DNA from: a virus
Lineage: Duplodnaviria > Caudoviricetes
Strand: one strand, 5' to 3'
Virus record (IMG/VR): IMGVR_UViG_3300031998_000009
Coordinates: 96,001 to 160,000 of that record
Length of the DNA: 64,000 nt
Under the pieces are notes generated by a model that saw only the letters and a list, made by a program, of their open reading frames with translations, was not told the origin of the DNA and made no database searches. Positions 35,696 to 45,152 of the stretch are shown one piece after another. Both the position numbers and the translations under genes were made by a program. The number at the start of each line of letters is the position of its first letter. Within the stretch, counting starts at the first letter, position 1.

Positions 35696-37024
35696 TTAGA
35701 ACGGTGTTTGTGCCCCACCACGTCTTGGCATTATGGGTTGTTTATTTTCTACCTCACGTTGTCTTGTATTTTCTGTACGTCTATATCTGGATTCAGTTTC
35801 TTCTGTATCTGTAAATTCATCTGGATTTGCATTATAAGAAAACTCACCTGTATCGATATGCCAATCATAGGAAAGTTTAATACCTACCTTACCATTTCTA
35901 TTCTTTGGTATCTCTATATTAAGTTTATTATTTCTCTGTCGGATAGAAAGCACCTTTGTAGCATTCTGAGCTATGCCGTCAGAATCTCTAATACTTTCAA
36001 GAGCTGGAGCACTTCCATCTTCATTTATACCTTCTCTGTTAGCCTGAACGACTACAAGAATAGGTATTTTTAACTCACAACTCAAACTCATTAAATCCTC
36101 ACTAATGTTAGTGAGTGATGTAGTTTTGTTATCACCCTTTTTGTATCTTTCATCTGTGAGATAGGTAATACCATCTATACCTAATACGTCTAAATTGTTT
36201 TTGATACAGAACTTTCTTAATTTAGATACAGTTATCTTTTTATTGAAATCAATAGGTGTCGCTACGATAAACGAGTTTTTAGCGTTCTCTTCAAGATCCG
36301 TTATGTATTGTTCATAGTCACCATCAAGGTCTCTACCTGTATACAGATTAAAATTGGAGAAGTGTTCATTCAATGTATCAAATCTATAACCTATCTGGTC
36401 ATCGCTCATCTCCGGAGATATATAACCTATATTACCCCCGACTTTCCAGTTATGCTCTAATATCTTACATAATATCCACGATTTACCTTGGTTTGTTCTA
36501 GCTACAATAACAACATATTCTTCTCCAGGAGCTAGTCCACCTATAATCTCGTCTAATTCCTGGAAACCTGTTGTTCTCATCCAAGGTTCTGTGGAATTTT
36601 TCTTTTTAAGATATACCTCGTAACGCTTTCTAGCATTTTTTATAATATCTACACCTACATCACCACCTATCACTTCCTGTGATTTAAGCTGTGCCTTTAA
36701 ATATTCTAAAGCCGCTTCTGAATTATCCTTTATTAGTTCAGCTGCTTTGTTAAGAATAGGTACTAATGTACTATATAGATATTCTTCACCTATTTGGTCT
36801 ACTAAATAATCATCACTTTCGTGTACTTCTGTGATTTCAAATTCATTAAAATGATCAAGAAATGTAAGAGTATCCGGAACATTACCGTATCTCTTATAAT
36901 GATCCATAATAAATGTAAATTCAGCAGAATAAGGTGCAAAGTGTTCCGCAGTAAGATCGTTTTCAAAGACGATATCTACGGATTTAGATTTTAGTATCTT
37001 ATTAAGTATCTGAATCTGTACCAT
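35696..37024 (-). CDS. dnaB: DnaB-like replicative helicase
   Basis: TGFQELD, ARTNQGKS, SPEM, IDGITYL, QANRE, DSDGIAQ, KNRNG. Confidence 0.92.
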   Translation of the reverse strand: MVQIQILNKILKSKSVDIVFENDLTAEHFAPYSAEFTFIMDHYKRYGNVPDTLTFLDHFNEFEITEVHESDDYLVDQIGEEYLYSTLVPILNKAAELIKDNSEAALEYLKAQLKSQEVIGGDVGVDIIKNARKRYEVYLKKKNSTEPWMRTTGFQELDEIIGGLAPGEEYVVIVARTNQGKSWILCKILEHNWKVGGNIGYISPEMSDDQIGYRFDTLNEHFSNFNLYTGRDLDGDYEQYITDLEENAKNSFIVATPIDFNKKITVSKLRKFCIKNNLDVLGIDGITYLTDERYKKGDNKTTSLTNISEDLMSLSCELKIPILVVVQANREGINEDGSAPALESIRDSDGIAQNATKVLSIRQRNNKLNIEIPKNRNGKVGIKLSYDWHIDTGEFSYNANPDEFTDTEETESRYRRTENTRQREVENKQPIMPRRGGAQTPF

Positions 37025-37754
37025 CGTCAATGACCTCACTATTCATAAAATTAGTGTAGGTATTCTTATACCTCATATCCATTCCAGTAATATGTAAACA
37101 ATCTGATCCTTCACACGCTCTGGAATATATTCGTGCATCTAACCTTTCTAGTTGTTCCGGTGATAGGTTACTCGTAAATATATTACACTTTTTGGCAAAC
37201 ATTCTCTCATTTATATAAGAGTATAACCATTGTGATTCGTATTTTGTTGGGTCCGTTTGTCCTATATCATCCCATATTACAATATCACATTTTTGAATTG
37301 TGTGTAATAGTTCTAAATAATTTTCTGACTTATATGTCATATACAATTTAGCATCTCTTAAAAACGATGGAACATTTATATACAATCCTCTAGGTGTGAA
37401 ATCGTTTACCTCTGCTATTTGTGCAAAGTAGTTACTCATAATTTTTACAGCCCACGATGTTTTACCTACACCTGTTTCACCATACAGATATAAATTAAAT
37501 CCTCTCTTTACAAAGAACTCAACATCACCTATTATAGTCTGTAATACTTCTGCTACATCAGGTTCCAGAGAATCTTTTTCCAAATGAATGTATTTCCACA
37601 TACTTTTAGGTAAATTACTTAATTGAAATAAATAGTCTGTTTGTGTGAATCGTTTACAAGTATGAACACATTCAGGAGTTTCCCATTTATCACAGAAGTT
37701 CTTATACCAACATTTGCTAGTATCTTCTAGGTGAGTGTACAGATCATCCCTCAC
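37002..37754 (-). CDS. dnaC: DnaC/IstB-like helicase loader ATPase
   Basis: GETGVGKT, WDDIG, INER, FTSN, RIYSR. Confidence 0.88.
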   Translation of the reverse strand: MRDDLYTHLEDTSKCWYKNFCDKWETPECVHTCKRFTQTDYLFQLSNLPKSMWKYIHLEKDSLEPDVAEVLQTIIGDVEFFVKRGFNLYLYGETGVGKTSWAVKIMSNYFAQIAEVNDFTPRGLYINVPSFLRDAKLYMTYKSENYLELLHTIQKCDIVIWDDIGQTDPTKYESQWLYSYINERMFAKKCNIFTSNLSPEQLERLDARIYSRACEGSDCLHITGMDMRYKNTYTNFMNSEVIDDGTDSDT

Positions 37755-37767
37755 TACAAATCACCTC

Positions 37768-39402
37768 TTAAAATGTTATGTTTTTTAATTTCTCGTCATT
37801 TGGGTGCAAATTCTTTGCTTTCATAACTTTGGCTTTTCTAGATCTATCCAAACTGGATGCTTTGTGCTCACGGGTTTCTAACTTCTGTTTCAACTGTGCC
37901 GTTTCAACATAATCTTCCGTAGCAAGTTTATTAGAGTTATTCTGTATAGCAAGTTTTACTTTCGTTACCTTTTCGGAATCATCCAAACAGAACAATCGTA
38001 GATTATCTAGTATGATGCAGAAGTTAGTATATGTCATAGAACTTCCAGCTTCTGTCTCTGTTGCATAAGTAATCAGAGCTTCTTCCAATCCTTCACAAAG
38101 TTGATAATAACCTTCTTTTATGAATGTATGAATCTTTTCGATTTTTTTATCTGTATCAATAGCATTACTTGATTGTGCTTGTTGAATTGTTTTACCGTAT
38201 AGATTAGTTCCGTTCGGATAAGCTAATGCAGCATAACCGTTAGCATAAGAAAGTTCAACACTCTCTATCTTTTGTTGTAATTCTGGATAAATAGTAGAAA
38301 GACGTTTTAATGCTAATGTGAACTGTTTAAGTGTAAAACTTTTCCCTTTCTGTGTGTCTGTAACATAAGAGTATAACAGGTCTTTAAGTTCTGAACTTCC
38401 TTCGCACTCATCCTCTATATATCTGTCAATAGCATCTAGTTTCTGTCTCATATCAACTTCTGTCTTATCCTGTATATAAAGGGAACGATAATTATTCATG
38501 AAGGTAAATTTAACACCTTCGATCATTCGTTCCACTGTTCTTCCATATTTATATAGATTCTCTAGCTGCTGTTCCCATTGAGCAGGAGTATAACTTCTAC
38601 CATTATCTGTATCAAGGAAGTTATTGATAACTTTCAATAACTCGTCATTTCCACCAACTCTCATATAAACGAAGTTGTGTGTCATCTCACGTTTTGCTAC
38701 ATCCCATTCGTTATGAAGAGCTTTCTTAGACTTTCGTTTAGGCTCATCGAACAACTTCTTTTGTGTTGTTTCCGAGGTTGTGTCGTTATTTGATTTCTGT
38801 ATATAATCCTTTTCTGGATTCTTTTTTGGTTGTTTTTCCTTTTGTATGTGTTCCAGCATATCTGTTATAGACGAACTGTCTATCTTTGTATTATTGTGTA
38901 TGAGCTTTGCTAGTTCACCTACTGTAATACATATTTCTATATCCTTGTTATCGTGGTATTCCATTAAGTTATTAAGATAAGTATCAATAGTTTCTCCGTC
39001 TTCTGGGAACCGTTGCTTTAACAAATAACCATACGAATCCAGAAAATTCTTATAATCGGAACTGTTAGCTTGTTCACATAATTGGGTGATATATTCTATG
39101 TTGACTTGATAACTGTTCTTTTTAATTATTGGGTTGTTTGGATTTTGTTTGCATTCCTTTATTATATAGTTTTTACAAACTAAATTATCTACATTTCGTG
39201 ATATTGTTTGTCTAGCATTTCCAAACCACATCTCCAATTCGGACATTGTGGAATAACATTTATGCACGTTATCAAATGTTTGTGTGAATATATAAGCAAA
39301 TAAGAACAGTTCATTACCACTTAATTTTAGAATAGTTCTCATCCAATACCAAATAATTATATTCGGTGCTGTTTGAGTATCGTTGAGTCTCAAAGAAATC
39401 AC
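37768..39402 (-). CDS. putative replication initiator: N-terminal wHTH plus three tandem helical repeats
   Basis: LKLSGNEL..FAYI...RQTISR.V..L..KNYI; directly upstream of DnaC/DnaB. Confidence 0.65.
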   Translation of the reverse strand: MISLRLNDTQTAPNIIIWYWMRTILKLSGNELFLFAYIFTQTFDNVHKCYSTMSELEMWFGNARQTISRNVDNLVCKNYIIKECKQNPNNPIIKKNSYQVNIEYITQLCEQANSSDYKNFLDSYGYLLKQRFPEDGETIDTYLNNLMEYHDNKDIEICITVGELAKLIHNNTKIDSSSITDMLEHIQKEKQPKKNPEKDYIQKSNNDTTSETTQKKLFDEPKRKSKKALHNEWDVAKREMTHNFVYMRVGGNDELLKVINNFLDTDNGRSYTPAQWEQQLENLYKYGRTVERMIEGVKFTFMNNYRSLYIQDKTEVDMRQKLDAIDRYIEDECEGSSELKDLLYSYVTDTQKGKSFTLKQFTLALKRLSTIYPELQQKIESVELSYANGYAALAYPNGTNLYGKTIQQAQSSNAIDTDKKIEKIHTFIKEGYYQLCEGLEEALITYATETEAGSSMTYTNFCIILDNLRLFCLDDSEKVTKVKLAIQNNSNKLATEDYVETAQLKQKLETREHKASSLDRSRKAKVMKAKNLHPNDEKLKNITF

Positions 39403-39420
39403 CCTTTTCTTTATATAATT

Positions 39421-39948
39421 TTATGTCCAAATATCCATTTTATATAAATTCAGAATCGTATGGACATAAGGAACATTTACAAAGTAACCTAGATTTCTTT
39501 TATGACCATAACAATACTCTGGATCCAGTACATGACTTTTAATCAGATTTTTTCTCACAAGTCGTTTAAGAGCGTTATGTGCTTCCTCTACACTACATTT
39601 GCACCAGTTTTCAATATTGCCACTACACTCAATATATCCGGTAGGGTTATCACAATTAGTAAAGTGAATGACATGAGCCATGGCTACTTTTTCTATATCG
39701 TCTAATTCAAAATCTGGATTGTGTGGATATTTACGAAACATCCAAGCCGGTATTCTTACAGGACTAGGAATAAGACCTAATGGAAATAGATGAATTCGCT
39801 TATTAAATTCTTCGGTACCACCTATCTTTAACTGTTCCAGCAATGCTTTTTGTCGTTCTGTCTCTTCCTCTATATATTTCTTCTCCCACTCCATTTTAGT
39901 TTCTGTACGACTTTCTTGTCTCATCTTGTTATATAAACCTGTCGGCAC
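39421..39948 (-). CDS. winged-helix DNA-binding protein
   Basis: IENWCKCS.EEAHNALKRLVRKNLI. Confidence 0.6.
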   Translation of the reverse strand: MPTGLYNKMRQESRTETKMEWEKKYIEEETERQKALLEQLKIGGTEEFNKRIHLFPLGLIPSPVRIPAWMFRKYPHNPDFELDDIEKVAMAHVIHFTNCDNPTGYIECSGNIENWCKCSVEEAHNALKRLVRKNLIKSHVLDPEYCYGHKRNLGYFVNVPYVHTILNLYKMDIWT

Positions 39949-39975
39949 TGTAAAACACCTCCAAAAAAGATGAAT

Positions 39976-40016
39976 AAAAAACTAGGCTAAAGGTCCCAGT
40001 CACTTTAGCCTAGTTT
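39976..40016 (-). terminator. intrinsic terminator in leader of initiator operon
   Basis: 14-bp stem AAACTAGGCTAAAG/CTTTAGCCTAGTTT plus T tract. Confidence 0.85.
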
Positions 40017-40107
40017 CATATATTAAAAATAGATATGATAAATCATGATCTATTTTAATACCTTTGTTTGGACAACGACTGGGATCGTTTTTCCTTTCCT
40101 CAATTAT

Positions 40108-40136
40108 AGAATAACACAAATCCCAGTAAATGTCAA
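40108..40136 (-). promoter_or_regulatory. sigmaA-type promoter
   Basis: TTGACA-17bp-TATTCT, extended -10 TG. Confidence 0.75.
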
Positions 40137-40175
40137 TAGGTATTTCAAAGTTTTATGTTTCGTACAAAATATTCT

Positions 40176-40592
40176 TTATTCTTTCAACGGTTTTTTATAT
40201 GTGGTTCGTAATGTTTCCGTATCAGGTTTCACAACCTGGAACGGTTTAAGCTGTTCCGCTGTGACTTTTTTATTGTATACTAAAGATTCCAAAACTTCCA
40301 TATCTACATAACTTCTAGTTTTAATCAATCCTGGAATCTTAAGGGTTTTACAGAACTCTATAAGTTCCTCTTCCTTCCAGGAAATGTTAGGTCTACTTGA
40401 AAGAGCTAAACTAACTCCATTTTCAGAAACAAAACGTGTTACACCAAATTCATTCATCAGATTCTTAAGAATAAGATTAAGTGATTTCTTTTTTGCTTCT
40501 GCTGATGTGAATTCCTGTGATGCTTCATCATACTGTTCAGTAAGCATCTCCAACTGTTTTTTCTGTTCACTAGTAAGTAAAATCTCTTCCAT
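40176..40592 (-). CDS. hypothetical protein (Gam/Gp157-like coiled coil, tentative)
   Basis: N-terminal coiled coil, LIKT..YVD...LE; start at 40592 behind GGAGG. Confidence 0.55.
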   Translation of the reverse strand: MEEILLTSEQKKQLEMLTEQYDEASQEFTSAEAKKKSLNLILKNLMNEFGVTRFVSENGVSLALSSRPNISWKEEELIEFCKTLKIPGLIKTRSYVDMEVLESLVYNKKVTAEQLKPFQVVKPDTETLRTTYKKPLKE

Positions 40593-40625
40593 GGTAGTTA
40601 CCTCCAAATTGTTTTTTTTTGTTTT

Positions 40626-40943
40626 TTACTTGTTTTCGGTTTCCTTTGTTTGTTTTTCTGTTACTTTTTTGCTCCAATACTGTCTACTGATAGCACCCAT
40701 GACACCGTTTCTACCGTGTGGCAGCCATTCCTGAAATTTCTTAAGCTGCTTAATATCCTCGTCTGTCCAATATCTAGGACCTCTCACAGATTCCTGAATA
40801 AAATCTGGAAGTGCTGGAAAATCCTCCGGTTTTTCAATACTGGAATCTTGGTACCATCTATACCAATTATTTAGTGTTTTAGTTGAAATATTGAGTTTAT
40901 TTGCCACATAACTAGCTGAATATCGCTTAATATTTTCCTCCAT
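40626..40943 (-). CDS. MerR-like HTH DNA-binding protein
   Basis: YSASYVANKLNISTKTLNNW...RYWTDEDIKQLK. Confidence 0.8.
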   Translation of the reverse strand: MEENIKRYSASYVANKLNISTKTLNNWYRWYQDSSIEKPEDFPALPDFIQESVRGPRYWTDEDIKQLKKFQEWLPHGRNGVMGAISRQYWSKKVTEKQTKETENK

Positions 40944-40958
40944 AATACTTCTTCCTCC

Positions 40959-42740
40959 TCATCTTACATCAAGCAAATAGTTTATAATGTTTGGATTCTT
41001 TAGTATATCTTCTTCCTTATCTATAAGGATATCTGACATTTTACCTTTTTTGTAAACAATATCATTTATTCGTTCGTCAATGGTTCCCTTGCACATTATT
41101 GTAATGATGTTAGGACTTTCTTTAGTTCCTATTCTATGTACTCTGTCTTCACATTGTGTTTTAGCTGCTCTACTCCAAGGTTCATCTAAAAATATAACTG
41201 TATTAGCTTCTGTAAGAGTAAATCCAACTCCAATAGAATCCATGGTACCTAATAGAACTTTACATTTTTCATCTTTACAAAATCGTTCTCTTTCCTGTTC
41301 TCTGTCTTTCTTGTTTTGTCCTGTATATACGGCTGGTTGATATCCTAGCTTCTGAAGTAGTTCATAGGCGGGAAATATAATATTTGTCCAATTACTGAAT
41401 ATTAAACATTTTCCTCCATTATCTACAACATCATCAACTAACTGAACCATTCTATCAAATTTTGGGTTATCCTTTATTTGTGAACTAATTATATTTGGAT
41501 TTCCTGTTACCTGTCTTAATCTAATAAGAGTTGTTAATGGATTAGGACTGATATTAACTTTGTCTATGACATCTGTTAGTATTTGTTCTCTTATCTGTTC
41601 ATATAGTTTTATTTGGTCTTTCGTCATCTCTACATAGTCATTTATATAGATTTTTTCGGGTAAATCTTTCAGAACGTCTGTTTTTAGACGTCTTATCATA
41701 CATTTGTCTAATACAGAAACCAATTCTGGTAAATTTTTATATCCAATTATCTGATGATCACCAAAGCCACCTTTAATACTATAATGGCGTTCGAATTGAT
41801 AATACGAGTGTTCTTCAAAACCCAACCATTTCAGTGGTATATAAGCATCTAAAGGTTTATTTACAACCGGAGTTCCTGTTAATGCTACTTGATAGTCACA
41901 ACACAATGACAGTAATGCCTCACCTTGTATCGAGGCACTGTTTTTAACTCTATGTGACTCATCAACTACCATCATAGAAATATCACCATCTTTTATAGCT
42001 TTTTGTAAAGCTTCTACCATAAGAAAAATGGTTCTTTTTCTAAATCGTTGAACTCCGTTCTTTTTCGTTTTAAGAGGTTCCTGAACTCTTTTTACATAAC
42101 GAAGTGTTTCAATATTCGTAATTAAATAAAAACAGTCTTTTGCAGGTCCTGTGTTTATGTTTACAATGTCACTTAATTTATCTTCATTAGATCCTATGGA
42201 AGCATTACCACGTTTACTGATTCTAGTACCTAAGATAAATGCTTTATCGTTTGTGTGTTTATATACCTCGTCATACCAGTTATATTTCAAACTGTTTACG
42301 CAGGTGACAATTAAAACGTGTTTTATACCATGTTGTTTCTTGAGTATTTGTGATAAATCAAGTATTTGCTTTGTTTTACCTAAACCCGGTTCATCTGCAA
42401 GTAGGAACTTTGGATGTGACAATCCATAGTTTATACCATCTACTTGATACGGATAAGGTTGCAACTTATATTCGTACCAATCTGGTATAAGATTTTTACA
42501 AGTAAATATTTTACTAGGTTCTTCATTAGTTACAGTTTGTTTTACTCCATCATAGGATATGTTATACTCATATCCTTGTAGAACCTGTAACAATGCTTCT
42601 AGTTCACTTTCTGGTATTTGCCATTCTCTGTTTTCCTTATCCCAAAACCGTTTAGCTCTACTTCGCATGAATTTGAGTATATTCTGGTCGTATTGGGAGT
42701 TTAGAAATATAGTACCCTTATTTACTCTAATATTTACCAA
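40959..42740 (-). CDS. SNF2-family helicase
   Basis: PYPYQ, LADEPGLGKT, VDESH, LTGTP, RRLK.DVL, GVGFTL, Q.EDRVHRIG. Confidence 0.93.
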   Translation of the reverse strand: MVNIRVNKGTIFLNSQYDQNILKFMRSRAKRFWDKENREWQIPESELEALLQVLQGYEYNISYDGVKQTVTNEEPSKIFTCKNLIPDWYEYKLQPYPYQVDGINYGLSHPKFLLADEPGLGKTKQILDLSQILKKQHGIKHVLIVTCVNSLKYNWYDEVYKHTNDKAFILGTRISKRGNASIGSNEDKLSDIVNINTGPAKDCFYLITNIETLRYVKRVQEPLKTKKNGVQRFRKRTIFLMVEALQKAIKDGDISMMVVDESHRVKNSASIQGEALLSLCCDYQVALTGTPVVNKPLDAYIPLKWLGFEEHSYYQFERHYSIKGGFGDHQIIGYKNLPELVSVLDKCMIRRLKTDVLKDLPEKIYINDYVEMTKDQIKLYEQIREQILTDVIDKVNISPNPLTTLIRLRQVTGNPNIISSQIKDNPKFDRMVQLVDDVVDNGGKCLIFSNWTNIIFPAYELLQKLGYQPAVYTGQNKKDREQERERFCKDEKCKVLLGTMDSIGVGFTLTEANTVIFLDEPWSRAAKTQCEDRVHRIGTKESPNIITIMCKGTIDERINDIVYKKGKMSDILIDKEEDILKNPNIINYLLDVR

Positions 42741-42756
42741 CTAATCACCTAACCTC

Positions 42757-42809
42757 GGTAGAGTTTATGTTACTACATCTTTCAAATATACTATAACATA
42801 AACTCTACC
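42757..42809. repeat. 16-bp perfect inverted repeat overlapping SNF2 promoter
   Basis: GGTAGAGTTTATGTTA (42757-42772) / TAACATAAACTCTACC (42794-42809). Confidence 0.85.
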
Positions 42810-42818
42810 AAAAGTCAA
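42790..42818 (-). promoter_or_regulatory. sigmaA-type promoter
   Basis: TTGACT-17bp-TATAGT, extended -10 TG. Confidence 0.75.
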
Positions 42819-42869
42819 GTGTTTTTTACCAAAATCGTTTATTTAACTAAAATTGTAACTGTTTTGTAA

Positions 42870-43787
42870 TTAAACAAACTCTCTTACAACTTCAAGGAAG
42901 TTATTAGTATTGGCACTGTCAAATGTTGCTTCCATAAAGGCACCTTCGTTAGCTGTCAGTGTCTTCTTACGCTGTCTGTGAGTGGTATAATCTGTAAAGG
43001 CGTTTACCAGTCCCCAAACAGTTCCTCTAAAATTGGAGTTGTCTTCGCTACGGTAGCAGTCAATGAAGAACTCCTTCTGGGCTTCGATTCTCTTCATCTG
43101 ACGTTCTGTAGCTTCCTTCTGCTTACGAAGTTCCCGGTCTTCCTTTACTTTGTCAAAGAACTTGTCAAGGATCTGGTGAACGATATCCATATTAGTAACC
43201 TTAATTGCTGCCAGTTCCTCGGCAGTATCGTTAAAGTGCTCCATATATGCCGCGGTTTCTGTAAGGAGTGTATGTGCCTGAGCAATCTTTGTAGGAAGTC
43301 TTCTGGAGTGTCTGATATCCACAGTATTTCTCATTTTCTTAAAACTTACTGCGAACTGGTTCTGACAAACAAACCGCAGCGGGCAAATTGTTGCTTTAAC
43401 ATTATACAGTCCATTGTGGCTTGTCTGGAAGATAATGTAAGGATTGAACTTGTCACCGAGAATCTGTGTTTCCGGAAGTTTACCGATGATGTAAACAAGA
43501 CCCTTAGAAGTTTCACCAGCTTGTTCAAATGTCACATTAGGAATTTCATTAATGAATCCAAATGCGTCCTGATTCTGGTAAATTTCATAAGTGTCGGACA
43601 CAACACCGATGTATTCGTTAGTTCCTTCCTTGACCGTTGCCTTCTTTTTAGGAATCACAAAACCGTTCGGCAACTGGATATCCTGTTTAACAACATTATA
43701 GTCCAGATTAGCCTTGATAAGGATTTCGTTGACGTCGGTCATTCCTCTAACATCAGTACCCATGTTAATCCATGTTGCTTCTCTCAT
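42870..43787 (-). CDS. DUF932/DUF945-family phage/plasmid protein
   Basis: GVVSD.Y...QN.DAF, SHNG, PLRFVCQN, IRH, RGTVWGLVNA.TDY..H. Confidence 0.85.
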   Translation of the reverse strand: MREATWINMGTDVRGMTDVNEILIKANLDYNVVKQDIQLPNGFVIPKKKATVKEGTNEYIGVVSDTYEIYQNQDAFGFINEIPNVTFEQAGETSKGLVYIIGKLPETQILGDKFNPYIIFQTSHNGLYNVKATICPLRFVCQNQFAVSFKKMRNTVDIRHSRRLPTKIAQAHTLLTETAAYMEHFNDTAEELAAIKVTNMDIVHQILDKFFDKVKEDRELRKQKEATERQMKRIEAQKEFFIDCYRSEDNSNFRGTVWGLVNAFTDYTTHRQRKKTLTANEGAFMEATFDSANTNNFLEVVREFV

Positions 43788-43846
43788 TTTACTTTCCTCC
43801 TGTTTGTTTGTGTTTGTGTTTTGTGTGGTTTAACTTTTGTAATTAT

Positions 43847-43875
43847 AGTATAACACATTTAGACTCAAATGTCAA
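43847..43875 (-). promoter_or_regulatory. sigmaA-type promoter
   Basis: TTGACA-17bp-TATACT, extended -10 TG. Confidence 0.85.
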
Positions 43876-43879
43876 GGGT

Positions 43880-44260
43880 TTTTAAGAAAATAATCTAAAA
43901 TAAATTGTAAACATTTTATGTATAAGTTATCATTTTTAACAAAGCCCTATATTAATAAATATTTCTATTTTTCTATTTGTTTTACTAAAACAATAGTCCA
44001 TATATAGATATTAGTATTATTATAATTAGTTAGTAATATATTAAGTAATAGTAAAGTAAATAATAGATATTAAGTAATATTATTAGTTTATTAAGTAATT
44101 AGTATTTTTAGTGTTTTATTTTTGGTCTTTATTATTTATTATATATTATATATGTAACATTTTGTAACACTTGAAATCACGATATCGCGGAATTATAGGG
44201 TTACAAAATGTTACTAGGTTTTTGTAATATTTTATTGTAATTATACTATGTGTATATAAA
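43880..44260. other. candidate replication origin (AT-rich tract, direct and inverted repeats)
   Basis: Non-coding and extremely AT-rich; 3x TATTAAGTAAT (44039, 44068, 44089); 15-bp IR GTAACATTTTGTAAC 44154-44168 / 44200-44214. Confidence 0.5.
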
Positions 44261-44268
44261 ATCAGAAT

Positions 44269-44309
44269 AAAAAACAAGGATAACAAACAAGATGTTACCC
44301 TTGTTTTTT
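44269..44309. terminator. terminator ending the tail operon
   Basis: AAAAAACAAGG.TAACA / TGTTA.CCTTGTTTTTT. Confidence 0.75.
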
Positions 44310-44327
44310 CGTATTATATTGAGAAAT

Positions 44328-45152
44328 CTATGCTTTTACATATACTAGACCACTTAATACATAATATTGAGTATCGTTCAATGTTACATAACCTGTTCCG
44401 AAGTATTCGGTATTACTTGCAATATACAGATCTTTAAATACAGTGGGATTATTTGGATAACCTATTGGTGCACTGTATATACAAGTATAACCGCCATGAA
44501 CAGGAAGTCTTCTGGAGAATACTTGCTGAGGTGTACCTAAACTTACTCGACACGTCATTAAACTTCCTATAGCACCATTATGACAACCTACATCTCCACC
44601 CTCGCTACTAGAAAGTGGATGGCTTTCTCTGTATCCATAAGGAGACATCGGCCATGTATGTGCTCCACTGGTTACAAATCCAGGCATAGAACAGTCGTTA
44701 GCACTGTTTCTTAATTCAAATATAGACCAATCATCGTCAGTAGTCTTACCAACACCACACCAGCACACCGCCAGTCCTTTATATCTACTCTCACCTTGGT
44801 AATTGTCGTCTAGTTTCCAACCAAAGAAGATAGTTCCAGTTGAACAGATATAGCATATTAACGTGTTACTATTTAGTCTTTCCAATGGGGAAGGAGGTTT
44901 AGGTATACCCGAATGATAACCGAATAATTTTACACCGTATGGGGTTTGATATTTACTAGGAAAACACATTATTGTCGTATTAGATTCCATTAACTTTGTA
45001 TTTATAGTTATAGCATCTGTATAGGAATCTCCACTATATGTTGCTCCATCTACTACTGTATCTACTAAATCACCGGGTAGATTTTCTTGTAACCAGGTAA
45101 TAAGTTCTGATCGAGCTTCGGAATCAGTGAGGTCTGCTTCTTTTATTAACAT
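44328..45152 (-). CDS. putative distal tail/receptor-binding protein (paralog 2)
   Basis: Last gene of the tail operon; N- and C-termini similar to 45236-46111; ends in TAG. Confidence 0.55.
   Translation of the reverse strand: MLIKEADLTDSEARSELITWLQENLPGDLVDTVVDGATYSGDSYTDAITINTKLMESNTTIMCFPSKYQTPYGVKLFGYHSGIPKPPSPLERLNSNTLICYICSTGTIFFGWKLDDNYQGESRYKGLAVCWCGVGKTTDDDWSIFELRNSANDCSMPGFVTSGAHTWPMSPYGYRESHPLSSSEGGDVGCHNGAIGSLMTCRVSLGTPQQVFSRRLPVHGGYTCIYSAPIGYPNNPTVFKDLYIASNTEYFGTGYVTLNDTQYYVLSGLVYVKA

Noticed and set aside
42978-43853. 291-aa plus-strand ORF
   Set aside because: Antisense shadow of the DUF932 gene; no motifs and it runs into that gene's promoter
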